The notes: generated by a model not told the origin, from the sequence alone. Shown: positions 26,533 to 34,977, numbered from the stretch's first letter. The stretch is 64,000 nucleotides of DNA from Acidimicrobiia bacterium (GCA_036558745.1 DATBEZ010000006.1:5526-69525); one strand, 5' to 3'. Program-made: numbers and translations.

Positions 26533-28071
26533 TCAGGGAGCGAACGCGCGGCAGTCGTTCCAGTTGCAGCCGATGAGCATCCCGTCGACCCAGACGGGCG
26601 TCGCGAAGCCCGCCCAGTTGCTGGCGTCGTTCAGCTCGCGCAGCCGGCGGCCGTTCGTGGCGTCGGTGAGCACCAGGGTGTTGAACGTGTCGGTCCAGTC
26701 CATCGTCTGGCAGGCGATGATCGTCGCCTTGCCGTTCGTGGAGCACGCCGCGAGCAGCGGGCTCGGCAGCGCGCTCTCCCACGGCGGCTTCGGTGTCGCG
26801 CCGAGGGCCAAACCCGTCGCGGGGTCGAGCGCGCGCAGCGATGCCGCCGCGGCGGTTCCGCCGGACGACGTCCAGTGGGGCCACGAGTATCCCGACGGCG
26901 ACGACACGGTGGAGACGCTCCACGTCGCGCCGAGGCTGGTCACGTTGGCGGCGACGTAGAGCCGGCCGTTCGCGAACGTCGCGGCCGGGAGGCAACCGTG
27001 CTGTCCGGCGGACGTGCCCGCCTGGACCTGTACCTCCCAGACCGGTCGCATGGTGTCGCGGCGCAGTGCGTAGAAGTTGCCGTCCTTGTTGCACGCTCCG
27101 ACCATGGGGACGGAGCTTCCACCGATCGTCGCGGTGAACAGCGTCGGCGTCGAGCCCCAGTCGGGGTCGACGATCGACTGCGGCTGCGGCACCGCGAACT
27201 TCCCGACCGTGGCCAAGGTGTGCGCGTCGAGCTTCAGCAACGAGTACTGGTCGAACGCGTCGTCGTCGCGGGGCGGGTGCGCGCTGTCGGTGTCGCCATA
27301 GGTGCTGCCGGTCGTGACGTACACGTACTGGCCGTCGGTGACCGGAGAGGTCCAGATCGCGGCGCCGGCGTACAGGTTCGACGGCGGTGGTGGACCGACG
27401 CCGCTCGTGTCCGTCGTATACGTGCGGGTGGCGGCGTTCGGGTCGGTCGTCGCCGGCAGCGTGTGGTGGACGGCGACGAGCGCACCGGTGCGGACGTCGA
27501 ACGCGAGCAGCCCGCTCGGCACGAACGGCTTGTCGCAGTCGGAGCTGACGCCCACGTACACGAGGCCGTTCGCGACGAGCGGAGTCGCCCACGAGTAGTA
27601 GTCGTCCTGGTTGTCGTTCGGGATCGCGTAGACCGTCGACTGCCACAGGACGTTGCCGGTCCCGCCGTCGAGCTCCTGCAGGGTTCCCTGCGGCGTGTAC
27701 AGGAGAACTCGCGGGTTGCCCGACGCGTCGTCGGTGACCGTCGGTGACGACACGAAGCCCTGTGGCGAGCCGCAGTAGTGCTCCGTCTTCAGCCCGTACG
27801 CCCGTGACCACCTCACGACCGGCGCGCCGCCGCTGATCGTACGCATGTCGAGCGCGTACAACGTCCCGTTCCCGGCCGCGAGGAACATCGTGCCGCCGCG
27901 CGTGACGGGCGTGGCGTAGATCGAGTAGCCCGGGTGGAAGCCCCACAGCTTGTGCAGGCTCGCGACCTGCGAGGCGTCTGGCCCGGGATCGGGCGCGACG
28001 CCGGTGCCGCTGACGTTGCCGTGGAAGAACGTCCAGTCACAGCCGCTCAGCGCGAGCACCGCCGCAGTCAC
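26533..28071 (-). CDS. PQQ-like beta-propeller repeat lipoprotein
   Basis: Lipobox VLALSGC. Repeated ...G.LYALD.. / ..GLVYVGV.. / ..GQYVYVTTG.. / NGRLYVAAN blades. The signal-peptide n-region appears to lie upstream of the first canonical start (see finding). Confidence 0.7.
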   Translation of the reverse strand: MTAAVLALSGCDWTFFHGNVSGTGVAPDPGPDASQVASLHKLWGFHPGYSIYATPVTRGGTMFLAAGNGTLYALDMRTISGGAPVVRWSRAYGLKTEHYCGSPQGFVSSPTVTDDASGNPRVLLYTPQGTLQELDGGTGNVLWQSTVYAIPNDNQDDYYSWATPLVANGLVYVGVSSDCDKPFVPSGLLAFDVRTGALVAVHHTLPATTDPNAATRTYTTDTSGVGPPPPSNLYAGAAIWTSPVTDGQYVYVTTGSTYGDTDSAHPPRDDDAFDQYSLLKLDAHTLATVGKFAVPQPQSIVDPDWGSTPTLFTATIGGSSVPMVGACNKDGNFYALRRDTMRPVWEVQVQAGTSAGQHGCLPAATFANGRLYVAANVTSLGATWSVSTVSSPSGYSWPHWTSSGGTAAAASLRALDPATGLALGATPKPPWESALPSPLLAACSTNGKATIIACQTMDWTDTFNTLVLTDATNGRRLRELNDASNWAGFATPVWVDGMLIGCNWNDCRAFAP

Positions 28072-28235
28072 GGCGACGACCGCGCGCCAGCGCGCGCGTC
28101 GGATGTGTGTGGTCGTAGATCCGTCCAGGAGGTGACCCCCCGCCGCGAGGACGGTGTGATGCGCGGCAGTGTGTCAGACGATGGTGGTCGGTTCATGAAC
28201 CTCGCGCGCCCCGTGTGCAGCGCGACGCGCCACGC

Positions 28236-29078
28236 TCAGGGCAGGAGGCCGCGGAGCGCGTCCGCGCCGTAGACCGGTTCCGCGAACGGGGTGTAGTCGG
28301 GTCCGCGACGCAGCGCGTGACCGCCGTCCACTCCGAGGAGCTGACCCGTCACCCACGACGATTCCGGGCCCGCGAGGTAGCGGACCGCGTTGGCAATGTC
28401 GTCGGGGGTGCCGACGCGTCGGAGCGGCATCTGGTCGAGGTAGTCGTCGAGCACCGGCCCGCCCATCGTGATGCCGGCGACCATCTCGGTGTCGACGAGC
28501 CCGGGGAGGACCGCGTTCACACGCACACGCGACGCGCCGAGCTCGTCGGCAGCGACACGCACGAGCATGTCGATGCCGGCCTTGCCCACGCAGTACGCGC
28601 CCAGGTAGCGGTGCGTGACCGGCCCGGCGATGGAGGAGATCGCGACGAAGGACCCTCCCCCGCCTCGCGCCATCACCGGCGCGGTGTGCTTGAGGGTCAG
28701 GAACGTCCCGGTGACGTTGACATCGACGGTCGCGCGGAACGCCTCGACGTCTGCAAGGACGAGCGGCCCCATGTGCTGGGACCCTCCGGCGCACGCGACG
28801 ACGACGTTGAGCCCGCCCGTGATCGCGGTCGAGCGCTCAGCCGCCGCGCGCACCTGCTCCTCGTCGGTGACGTCGGCCCCGACGCGCTGCACGACCGCGC
28901 CCGAGGCGGCGACCTCTTCGATTGCTGCGGCACCGGCGCTCAGACGGTCCTCGCTGCGTCCGCAGATCGTGACCGACGCGCCGTCGGCCGCGAGGCGCTT
29001 CGCCGCCGCGAGCCCGATACCGCTGCCGCCTCCCGTGACCAGCGCCGCGTACCCCGCCAGGCTTCCCATCATGCGCAC
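28236..29078 (-). CDS. SDR family oxidoreductase
   Basis: AALVTGGGSGIGLAAA, YCVGKAG (YxxxK), PGLVDT. Confidence 0.9.
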   Translation of the reverse strand: MRMMGSLAGYAALVTGGGSGIGLAAAKRLAADGASVTICGRSEDRLSAGAAAIEEVAASGAVVQRVGADVTDEEQVRAAAERSTAITGGLNVVVACAGGSQHMGPLVLADVEAFRATVDVNVTGTFLTLKHTAPVMARGGGGSFVAISSIAGPVTHRYLGAYCVGKAGIDMLVRVAADELGASRVRVNAVLPGLVDTEMVAGITMGGPVLDDYLDQMPLRRVGTPDDIANAVRYLAGPESSWVTGQLLGVDGGHALRRGPDYTPFAEPVYGADALRGLLP

Positions 29079-29143
29079 CTCGACCTCGAAATCCCAGCAC
29101 CGAAGTGTGGTTGAATGCGCGCCCGGTCAACGCTGCGGTGACC

Positions 29144-29246
29144 GCAGCGAGGGACGAGCGGAGGTCGCTCGCCGGCGAACGAACGACGCGGGCGGCGGTA
29201 GCCGAACCCCGGGGCCGTGCAGCGAGAGAGTGAGCGAGAAGACATG
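29144..29246 (+). repeat. copy 1 of a ~100-nt start-codon-abutting structured repeat
   Basis: GCAGCGAGGGACGAGCGGAGGTCGCTCGCCGGCGAACGAACGACGCGGGCGGCGGTAGCCGAACCCCGGGGCCGTGCAGCGAGAGAGTGAGCGAGAAGACATG aligns with 57408.., 33690..(rc) and 36814... Confidence 0.85.
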
Positions 29247-30275
29247 AAACTGGGTTACCACATCGGGTATTGGGGTCGGCAACCGCCGCCGCACGCGCTC
29301 GAGACGATCCAGGAGGTCGAGCGTCTCGGCTTCGACTCGATCTGGACCGCGGAGTCGTGGGGTTCCGATGCGCTCACACCGCTCGCGTGGTGGGGCTCGC
29401 AGACCACGAAGCTGCGCCTCGGCACCGACCTCATCCAGATGTCGGCCCGGACGCCGACCGCGACCGCGATGGCCGCGATCACGATGGATCACCTCTCGGG
29501 CGGCCGCTTCGCGCTCGGCCTCGGTCTGTCGGGACCGCAGGTGGTCGAGGGCTGGTACGGACGTCCGTTCGCGAAGCCGCTCGCGCGCACACGTGAATAC
29601 GTGTCGATCATCCGCAAGGTCCTCGCGCGCAACGATCGGGTCACCAACGACGGTCCGCAGTACCCACTGCCCTACACCGGCGAGGGCGCGCTCGGACTCG
29701 GCAAGCCGCTCAACGTGATGACGCACCCGTTGCGCGAGGACATCCCGATCATCATCGGTGCGGAAGGGCCGAAGAACGTCGCCCTCGTCGCCGAGATCGC
29801 CGACGGCTGGTTCCCGATCTTCTACTCACCCCGTCACGAGCACCTGTACAGCGATTCGCTCGACGAGGGCTTCGGGCGTCCCGGCGCGCGCCGCAGGCCC
29901 GACGAGTTCGAGGTCATGCCCACGGTCACCGTCGTGATCGACGACGACGTCGAGCGCGCCGCCGACGCGTTGCGTCCGATGCTCGCGCTGTACGTCGGCG
30001 GCATGGGTGCGCGCGAGATGAACTTCCACTACGACGTGTTCTGCCGGCTCGGCTACGAGGCCGAGGCGAGCCGTATCCAGCAGTTGTTCCTCGACGGGCA
30101 GAAGGACGAGGCCATCGCGTCGGTGCCGACGAAGATGGTCGAGGAGATCTGCCTCATCGGGCCGAAGGAGAAGATCCGCGACGAGCTCGACGTCTGGAAG
30201 GAGTCGCGGGTGACGACGATGCTCCTGGGCGGATCGATCGAGACCCTCCGAACCATGGCCGAGCTCACGCTCTGA
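29244..30275 (+). CDS. LLM-class F420-dependent oxidoreductase
   Basis: MKLGYHIGYWG...GFDSIWTAESWGSDALTPLAWWGSQTTKLRLGTDLIQMSARTP...GGRFALGLGLSGPQVVEGWYG. Confidence 0.85.
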   Translation: MKLGYHIGYWGRQPPPHALETIQEVERLGFDSIWTAESWGSDALTPLAWWGSQTTKLRLGTDLIQMSARTPTATAMAAITMDHLSGGRFALGLGLSGPQVVEGWYGRPFAKPLARTREYVSIIRKVLARNDRVTNDGPQYPLPYTGEGALGLGKPLNVMTHPLREDIPIIIGAEGPKNVALVAEIADGWFPIFYSPRHEHLYSDSLDEGFGRPGARRRPDEFEVMPTVTVVIDDDVERAADALRPMLALYVGGMGAREMNFHYDVFCRLGYEAEASRIQQLFLDGQKDEAIASVPTKMVEEICLIGPKEKIRDELDVWKESRVTTMLLGGSIETLRTMAELTL

Positions 30276-30605
30276 GAGAATCGGTCGTCGCCGCGGCCAC
30301 GCGCCGCCGTACGATCCAACGTGCGCACCGCGATCGCCGCCGGCCTCGAGGTCGAGGAGTGCCGGGAGGCGCCGGTCCCCGAGAGCGCCACCGTCTCGAA
30401 CCCTGCGCACGCGGTCGTGCCCGACGCGGTGCGGGGCACGTTCGACGGCCTGCCGTTCATCCTTGCGTGGACCCTCGTGCGGCGCGAGACGGCCTGAGAG
30501 CACCCACGCCACCGAGCGTGGCCGGCGGCGCGTCGACCTTCGGTGCCCGCTTGCCCTCGAATCGCTCAGGGTACGGACCTGGCGCGCCGATCGAACGGGT
30601 CAGCG

Positions 30606-31382
30606 ATGAGAACCGGACGGGAGCTCTCGATCGCGGCCCACCGGCGGGCTCTGTGCGCGGCGGTGATGGCCGGCTTCTTGGTCTCGGTGGCCGCGGCATG
30701 CAACCGCTCGGCCGGCGCCGCGGCTCCGTTCTCGTCGGCGCGGATCACCCGGGACGGCAGGGACGCGTTCACGGTGATCGATCAAACGGCCGGGGCGCGC
30801 GCGTCCACGCCGTCGGATCCGGGCAGCGCCTCCGTCACCGGACTGCGGACGAACGTCGGTCAGAACTCGCGCTTCGTGTTCGGCAACACGTGGACGACGT
30901 CGCGCGACCAGCAGTCGTGCGCGACGGTCGCCTCTGACAGCGGCCCGATCGATCAGGAGGGGCTCGCGCTGCGGATCACGACCAGGTCCGACGGAAGCGC
31001 GCGGGCGGTCGTCTTCGGGAAGAACGTGTTTCTCGGCGTCACCGCCGCCTTCAACGTGTACGGCATGGACGGCAGCAACGCGCGGACCCCCTTCGTCGAG
31101 CTCGGCTTCCACGACTACAGGAATCTCGACGGCGGCCGGATCCAGATCCGCGTCCCCTACACGATGTGCGCGCGCGTCGTCGGCAACGTCTTCACGGCGA
31201 AGGTATGGCATCCGGACCGGACGCGCGAGCCGGCCTGGAACGACCGCAACTCCGTCTTCTCGCTGACGCTCCCGGCCGCGTGGGTCGGCACCGGCTCCGC
31301 CGGCTACTACTTCGGCCACCTCCGCGCCGACGACACGATCACGTACACGAACATGCGGTCGCTGACGGCGACGTTCGGCTGA
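30606..31382 (+). CDS. hypothetical secreted lipoprotein
   Basis: Internal ATG of ORF 30543.. gives MRTGRELSIAAHRRALCAAVMAGFLVSVAAAC (lipobox VAAAC). No domain recognised. Confidence 0.5.
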   Translation: MRTGRELSIAAHRRALCAAVMAGFLVSVAAACNRSAGAAAPFSSARITRDGRDAFTVIDQTAGARASTPSDPGSASVTGLRTNVGQNSRFVFGNTWTTSRDQQSCATVASDSGPIDQEGLALRITTRSDGSARAVVFGKNVFLGVTAAFNVYGMDGSNARTPFVELGFHDYRNLDGGRIQIRVPYTMCARVVGNVFTAKVWHPDRTREPAWNDRNSVFSLTLPAAWVGTGSAGYYFGHLRADDTITYTNMRSLTATFG

Positions 31383-32561
31383 TCAGCGCGGTGCGCGGGG
31401 CAGGCCGAGGCCGGCCATGCCGATGATCTCTCGCTGCACCTCGTTCACGCCGCCGCCGAAGGTCCCGACCGGCGCATGCCGGTACGCGGCCTCGAGCTCG
31501 CCTCGCAGCACGGCACCCGGTGTGTCGCGCTTGAGGTAACCGGCGCTGCCGAGCACCTCGAGCAGCAAGCGGCACGCCTCCACCCGCAGCTCGGTCCCGA
31601 ACACCTTCATCGCGGACGCATCGGCCGGATTGAGCGCGCCCGTCGCGAGGCTGGTCGCGACGCGCCAGTTCGCGAGCTTCAGCACCTCGACCTTCGCGTG
31701 CACGCGAGCCAGCGTGAGCCGAACCCATTCCTGGTCGATGACGCGCGTTCCGTCGACCAGACGGGTGTCCTGGGCCCACCGGCGGACCTCCTGCAGATGA
31801 CGGTCGGTCTGGCCCGCTGGTGCGAGCGCCACCCGCTCGTGATTGAGCTGGGTCGTGATCATCTTCCAGCCCTCGTTCTCGTTGCCGACGAGGTTCGACG
31901 CCGGCACACGCACGTCCTCGTAGTAGGTCGCGTTGGTGTGACCACCGCCGAGCAACCAGATGGGCGAGTGCTTGAAGCCAACCAGTGACGTCGGGACGAG
32001 CAGGATCGAGATGCCCTTGTGCTTCGGGGCGTCCGGGTCGGTGCGGCACGCGAGCCAGATCCAGTCCGCATCGTGCGCGCCGGTCGTGAACACCTTGTTG
32101 CCGTTCACCACGTACTCGTCGCCGTCGCGCACCGCACGTGTCCGCAGCGACGCGAGGTCGGTTCCCGCTCCGGGCTCGCTGTAGCCGATGGCGAAGTGCA
32201 GCTCACCGGCGAGGATACGAGGGAGGAAGTAGGCCCTCTGCTCGTCGTTGCCGAAGCGCATGAGCGTCGGGCCGACCGTGTTGAGCGTGACCAGCGGGAT
32301 CGGCGCACCGGCGCGCTGCGCCTCGTCGAAGAAGATGTACTGCTCGAGCGGGGAACGGCCTTGACCGCCGTACTCCGTCGGCCAGCCGACGCCGAGCCAG
32401 CCGTCGACACCCATCTGCCGCACGACGTCGCGGTACGCGGGTCCCGCGGCCTCGGCACCCGAACCGAGGCGGGCCCGCCGCTCTGGAGTCATGAGCCCTT
32501 CGAAGTATCCGCGCAGCTCCTGCTGCAGCGCGCGTTGCTCGGCCGACAGCTCCAGCTCCAT
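31383..32561 (-). CDS. acyl-CoA dehydrogenase (third gene of an ACAD triplet)
   Basis: 392 aa with GWLGVGWPTEYGGQGRSPLEQYIFFDE, AIGYSEPGAGTDLASLRTRAVRDGDEYVVNGNKVFTT and FGGGVNEVQREII. Confidence 0.9.
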   Translation of the reverse strand: MELELSAEQRALQQELRGYFEGLMTPERRARLGSGAEAAGPAYRDVVRQMGVDGWLGVGWPTEYGGQGRSPLEQYIFFDEAQRAGAPIPLVTLNTVGPTLMRFGNDEQRAYFLPRILAGELHFAIGYSEPGAGTDLASLRTRAVRDGDEYVVNGNKVFTTGAHDADWIWLACRTDPDAPKHKGISILLVPTSLVGFKHSPIWLLGGGHTNATYYEDVRVPASNLVGNENEGWKMITTQLNHERVALAPAGQTDRHLQEVRRWAQDTRLVDGTRVIDQEWVRLTLARVHAKVEVLKLANWRVATSLATGALNPADASAMKVFGTELRVEACRLLLEVLGSAGYLKRDTPGAVLRGELEAAYRHAPVGTFGGGVNEVQREIIGMAGLGLPRAPR

Positions 32562-32624
32562 CGCGGCACGCTACGTCGACCGCTTCTCGCGCGGCAACAT
32601 TCGGGCGCGGGCGCGTCGGCGTCG

Positions 32625-33590
32625 CTACAACGCGGCCGCGAGCGCCTCGGAGTGCTCCTCGACCGAGCCCAACACGGTGTCGAGCCACCAGGCACGCTTC
32701 AGGTAGAGGTGCGCGTCGACCTCCCACGTGAAGCCCATGCCTCCGTGCACCTGGATCGCGGCCTTGCCGTTGCGCACCGCGGCGTCGCCCGCGGTCACCT
32801 TCGCCGCGTGGACCGCGCGCTCGGGATCGCCGACCGTCGGATCATCGAGGGTGACACCTGCGGCGTAGACGGCCGCGCGCGCGACCTCGGCCCGGACGAG
32901 CATGTCCGCACAGAGGTGCTTCACGGCCTGGAACGAGCCGATCGGCCGGTCGAACTGCTGACGTTCCTTCGCGTAGGCAACCGCGACGTCGGTCGTCGCC
33001 TCCGCGATCCCGAGCAGGAGCGCGGCCGCGAGCGCGGCGCCCTCCGTGCGCCAGCGCATCACGACGTCCACACCCGCGACCGCGTCACCGTCGGGCAGCG
33101 TGCCCTTGACGCGGTGGAGCGGTGTCAACGGATCGAGCGGCCGGTCGACGGGCGACGCCTCGACCGACGACGGGTCGACGGCGCGGATCCCGCGCTCGCC
33201 GACCACCAGGAGAACATCCAACGTGTCGCGGTTCTCGATCAGAAGCGGGGTCCGGCGCTCGTCGACCACGCCGGCCACCCGTGACCCGTCGGCGGCGCCG
33301 TCGACCAGACCGGCCGCCAGATGGGTCCCGATCAGCGGACCGGGCACGAGCGCGCGCCCGAGCTCCTCGAAGACCAGCACCGCCGCGGCCATCCCGAGCC
33401 CCACACCACCATCGGCTTCGGGAAGACGCAGCGCGAACACGCCGGCGTCGGCGAGGTCCCGCCAGCCGTCACGGTCGAGCCCACCGGTGGCTTCGGTCGC
33501 GCGCACGCGCTCCATGGGGAACCGGCCCGCGCACAGGCTCCGCACACCGTCCTGCAGCGCCACCTCGTCGTCGGAGAGCTCGAAATCCAT
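32625..33590 (-). CDS. acyl-CoA dehydrogenase-fold protein, short beta-subunit-like form
   Basis: MDFELSDDEVALQDGVRSL...ERQQFDRPIGSFQAVKHLCADM...HGGMGFTWEVDAHLYLKRA. About 320 aa, resembling the N-terminal half of the fusion at 59307... An alternative in-frame GTG start is at 33608. Confidence 0.8.
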   Translation of the reverse strand: MDFELSDDEVALQDGVRSLCAGRFPMERVRATEATGGLDRDGWRDLADAGVFALRLPEADGGVGLGMAAAVLVFEELGRALVPGPLIGTHLAAGLVDGAADGSRVAGVVDERRTPLLIENRDTLDVLLVVGERGIRAVDPSSVEASPVDRPLDPLTPLHRVKGTLPDGDAVAGVDVVMRWRTEGAALAAALLLGIAEATTDVAVAYAKERQQFDRPIGSFQAVKHLCADMLVRAEVARAAVYAAGVTLDDPTVGDPERAVHAAKVTAGDAAVRNGKAAIQVHGGMGFTWEVDAHLYLKRAWWLDTVLGSVEEHSEALAAAL

Positions 33591-33690
33591 GTCTTTTCGC
33601 TCGCTCACTTCCTGCAGGGCTCCGGTGTTCGCCCTGCTTCACAGTGTCGTTCGCTCGCTTACGAGCGCCTCCGCTCGTCCCTCGCTCCGG
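33588..33690 (-). repeat. copy 3 of the start-codon-abutting repeat
   Basis: The reverse complement reads GGAGCGAGGGACGAGCGGAGGCGCTCGTAAGCGAGCGAACGACACTGTGAAGCAGGGCGAACACCGGAGCCCTGCAGGAAGTGAGCGAGCGAAAAGACATG. Confidence 0.85.
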
Positions 33691-33711
33691 CGCCGCACGT
33701 CGTATCGCTGA

Positions 33712-33754
33712 GTTGGGACGCTGATGGGTCTCTCACGCCGGTGAGCGTCCCAAC
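33712..33754. repeat. conserved-stem hairpin GTTGGGACGCT-N21-AGCGTCCCAAC (possible terminator / REP-like)
   Basis: Read directly. It lies 17 nt downstream of the stop of ACAD 33771..34940(-). Confidence 0.7.
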
Positions 33755-33770
33755 CGAGCGGGGTTGGGGG

Positions 33771-34940
33771 CTAGCGGTCCTTGGGGAGGCCGAGGACGCG
33801 CTCGCCGACGATGTTGCGCTGGATCTGCGACGTGCCTGCGGCGATCGTCAACGACAGCGCGTGGATCTGGCCGTAGACGAGCGCGCCGTTCGCGATCCCG
33901 TCGATGTCGGCGATCGACAGGCCCGCCCGCTCCAGCACCCGCATCGACAGCTCACCGAGACGTTGACGCACCTCCGAGTAGTGCAGCTTGAACACGGAGC
34001 CGCCGACCCCCGGCACGCCCGTGCGCGCGGCCTGCGACACGTTGCGCTTCGTCAGCGCCCACAACGCGTCGAGGTCGGCCGCGAGATGACCGAGCTCACG
34101 CCGGACGCCCACGTCGTCGCGGCCCGTCTCGGTCGCGAACTTCGCGAGAGCACGCAGCAGCTCCATCGACTGGAGCATCTCGCTGACAAACGCGGTGCCG
34201 CGCTCGAAGCTGAAGGTGACCATCGCGACGCGCCAGCCGTCGTTCTCGGCACCGACCCGGTTCGCAACGGGGATGCGCACGTCGTCGAGGAAGAGCTCCG
34301 CGAACTCGGTGCTCCCGTGGATCGTCCGCAACGGGCGCACCTCGATGCCCGGTGTGTCCATCGGCATGATGAGCCACGTGATCCCGCGGTGCTTCGGCGC
34401 GTCGGGATCGGTGCGCACGAGCAGCTCGCAGAAGTCGGCCACCTCGGCGTGCGACGTCCAGATCTTCTGGCCGCTGACGACGTAGTCGTCGCCGTCGCGC
34501 ACCGCACGCGTGCGCAGTGACGCGAGGTCGGAGCCCGCGCCGGGCTCGGAGAAGCCCTGGCACCACACCTCGTCACCCCGCAGGATCGCGGGCAGGTGCC
34601 GGGCGCGCTGCTCGTCGCTCGCCTCGGCGATCAGCGTCGGGCCCGCGTGCAGGAGCCCGACGAAGTTGGCCCCGACGTAGGGCGCGTGGAGGCGCTCGGT
34701 CTCCTCCAGGAAGATGAGATGCTGGGCGGGTGACGCGCCGCGGCCGCCGTACTCGACGGGCCAGTTGATCCCCGCGTAGCCGGCGTCGAACAGCATTCGC
34801 TGCCACGCGGTGTCGTAGCTCCGGCGCGCGGGCCAGTCGTTGCGGTCCGGCTCGGGCGGCAGCGTGGGCAGGACGTCGTCGAGCCAGGCCCTGAGCTCGG
34901 CGCGGAAGCGCTCCTCGTCCTCCGTGTAGCGCAGGTCCAC
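33771..34940 (-). CDS. acyl-CoA dehydrogenase (first gene of the triplet)
   Basis: 389 aa with YAGINWPVEYGGRGASPAQHLIFLEE, CQGFSEPGAGSDLASLRTRAVRDGDDYVVSGQKIWTS and AAGTSQIQRNIVGERVLGLP. Confidence 0.9.
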   Translation of the reverse strand: MDLRYTEDEERFRAELRAWLDDVLPTLPPEPDRNDWPARRSYDTAWQRMLFDAGYAGINWPVEYGGRGASPAQHLIFLEETERLHAPYVGANFVGLLHAGPTLIAEASDEQRARHLPAILRGDEVWCQGFSEPGAGSDLASLRTRAVRDGDDYVVSGQKIWTSHAEVADFCELLVRTDPDAPKHRGITWLIMPMDTPGIEVRPLRTIHGSTEFAELFLDDVRIPVANRVGAENDGWRVAMVTFSFERGTAFVSEMLQSMELLRALAKFATETGRDDVGVRRELGHLAADLDALWALTKRNVSQAARTGVPGVGGSVFKLHYSEVRQRLGELSMRVLERAGLSIADIDGIANGALVYGQIHALSLTIAAGTSQIQRNIVGERVLGLPKDR

Positions 34941-34962
34941 GCCGGGGCAGTGTACGAGTGCG

Positions 34963-34977
34963 CTGACGGCGTGTCAG
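34963..34977. promoter_or_regulatory. palindrome CTGACGgcgTGTCAG (CTGACG-N3-CGTCAG family, 1 mismatch)
   Basis: 23-37 nt upstream of the GTG start of ACAD 33771..34940(-). Confidence 0.45.

Noticed and set aside
25634-27946. 770-aa ORF overlapping the PQQ-propeller gene
   Set aside because: Only its last 104 codons (DUF3618-like, with their own GGAGGA-GTG start at 25948) look real. The rest is Arg/Gly-rich and overlaps the holin-family gene and the beta-propeller gene in other frames.
30321-30497. 58-codon ORF (VRTAIAAGLEVEECREAPVPES...GLPFILAWTLVRRETA) in the same frame as, and 15 codons after, the TGA stop of the LLM gene. I considered it as stop-codon read-through or a second Sec site.
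   Set aside because: The LLM protein already has the full length expected for its family and ends in a normal C-terminal helix. The TGA is not at a Cys or redox position. The shared frame has a 1-in-3 chance expectation. The ORF has coding-like third-position GC, so a small independent gene or gene remnant is possible but unsupported.
31380-31385. Convergent stop codons abutting as TGATCA (lipoprotein gene and ACAD)
   Set aside because: It is real but trivial. There is no room for a terminator and nothing further to interpret.
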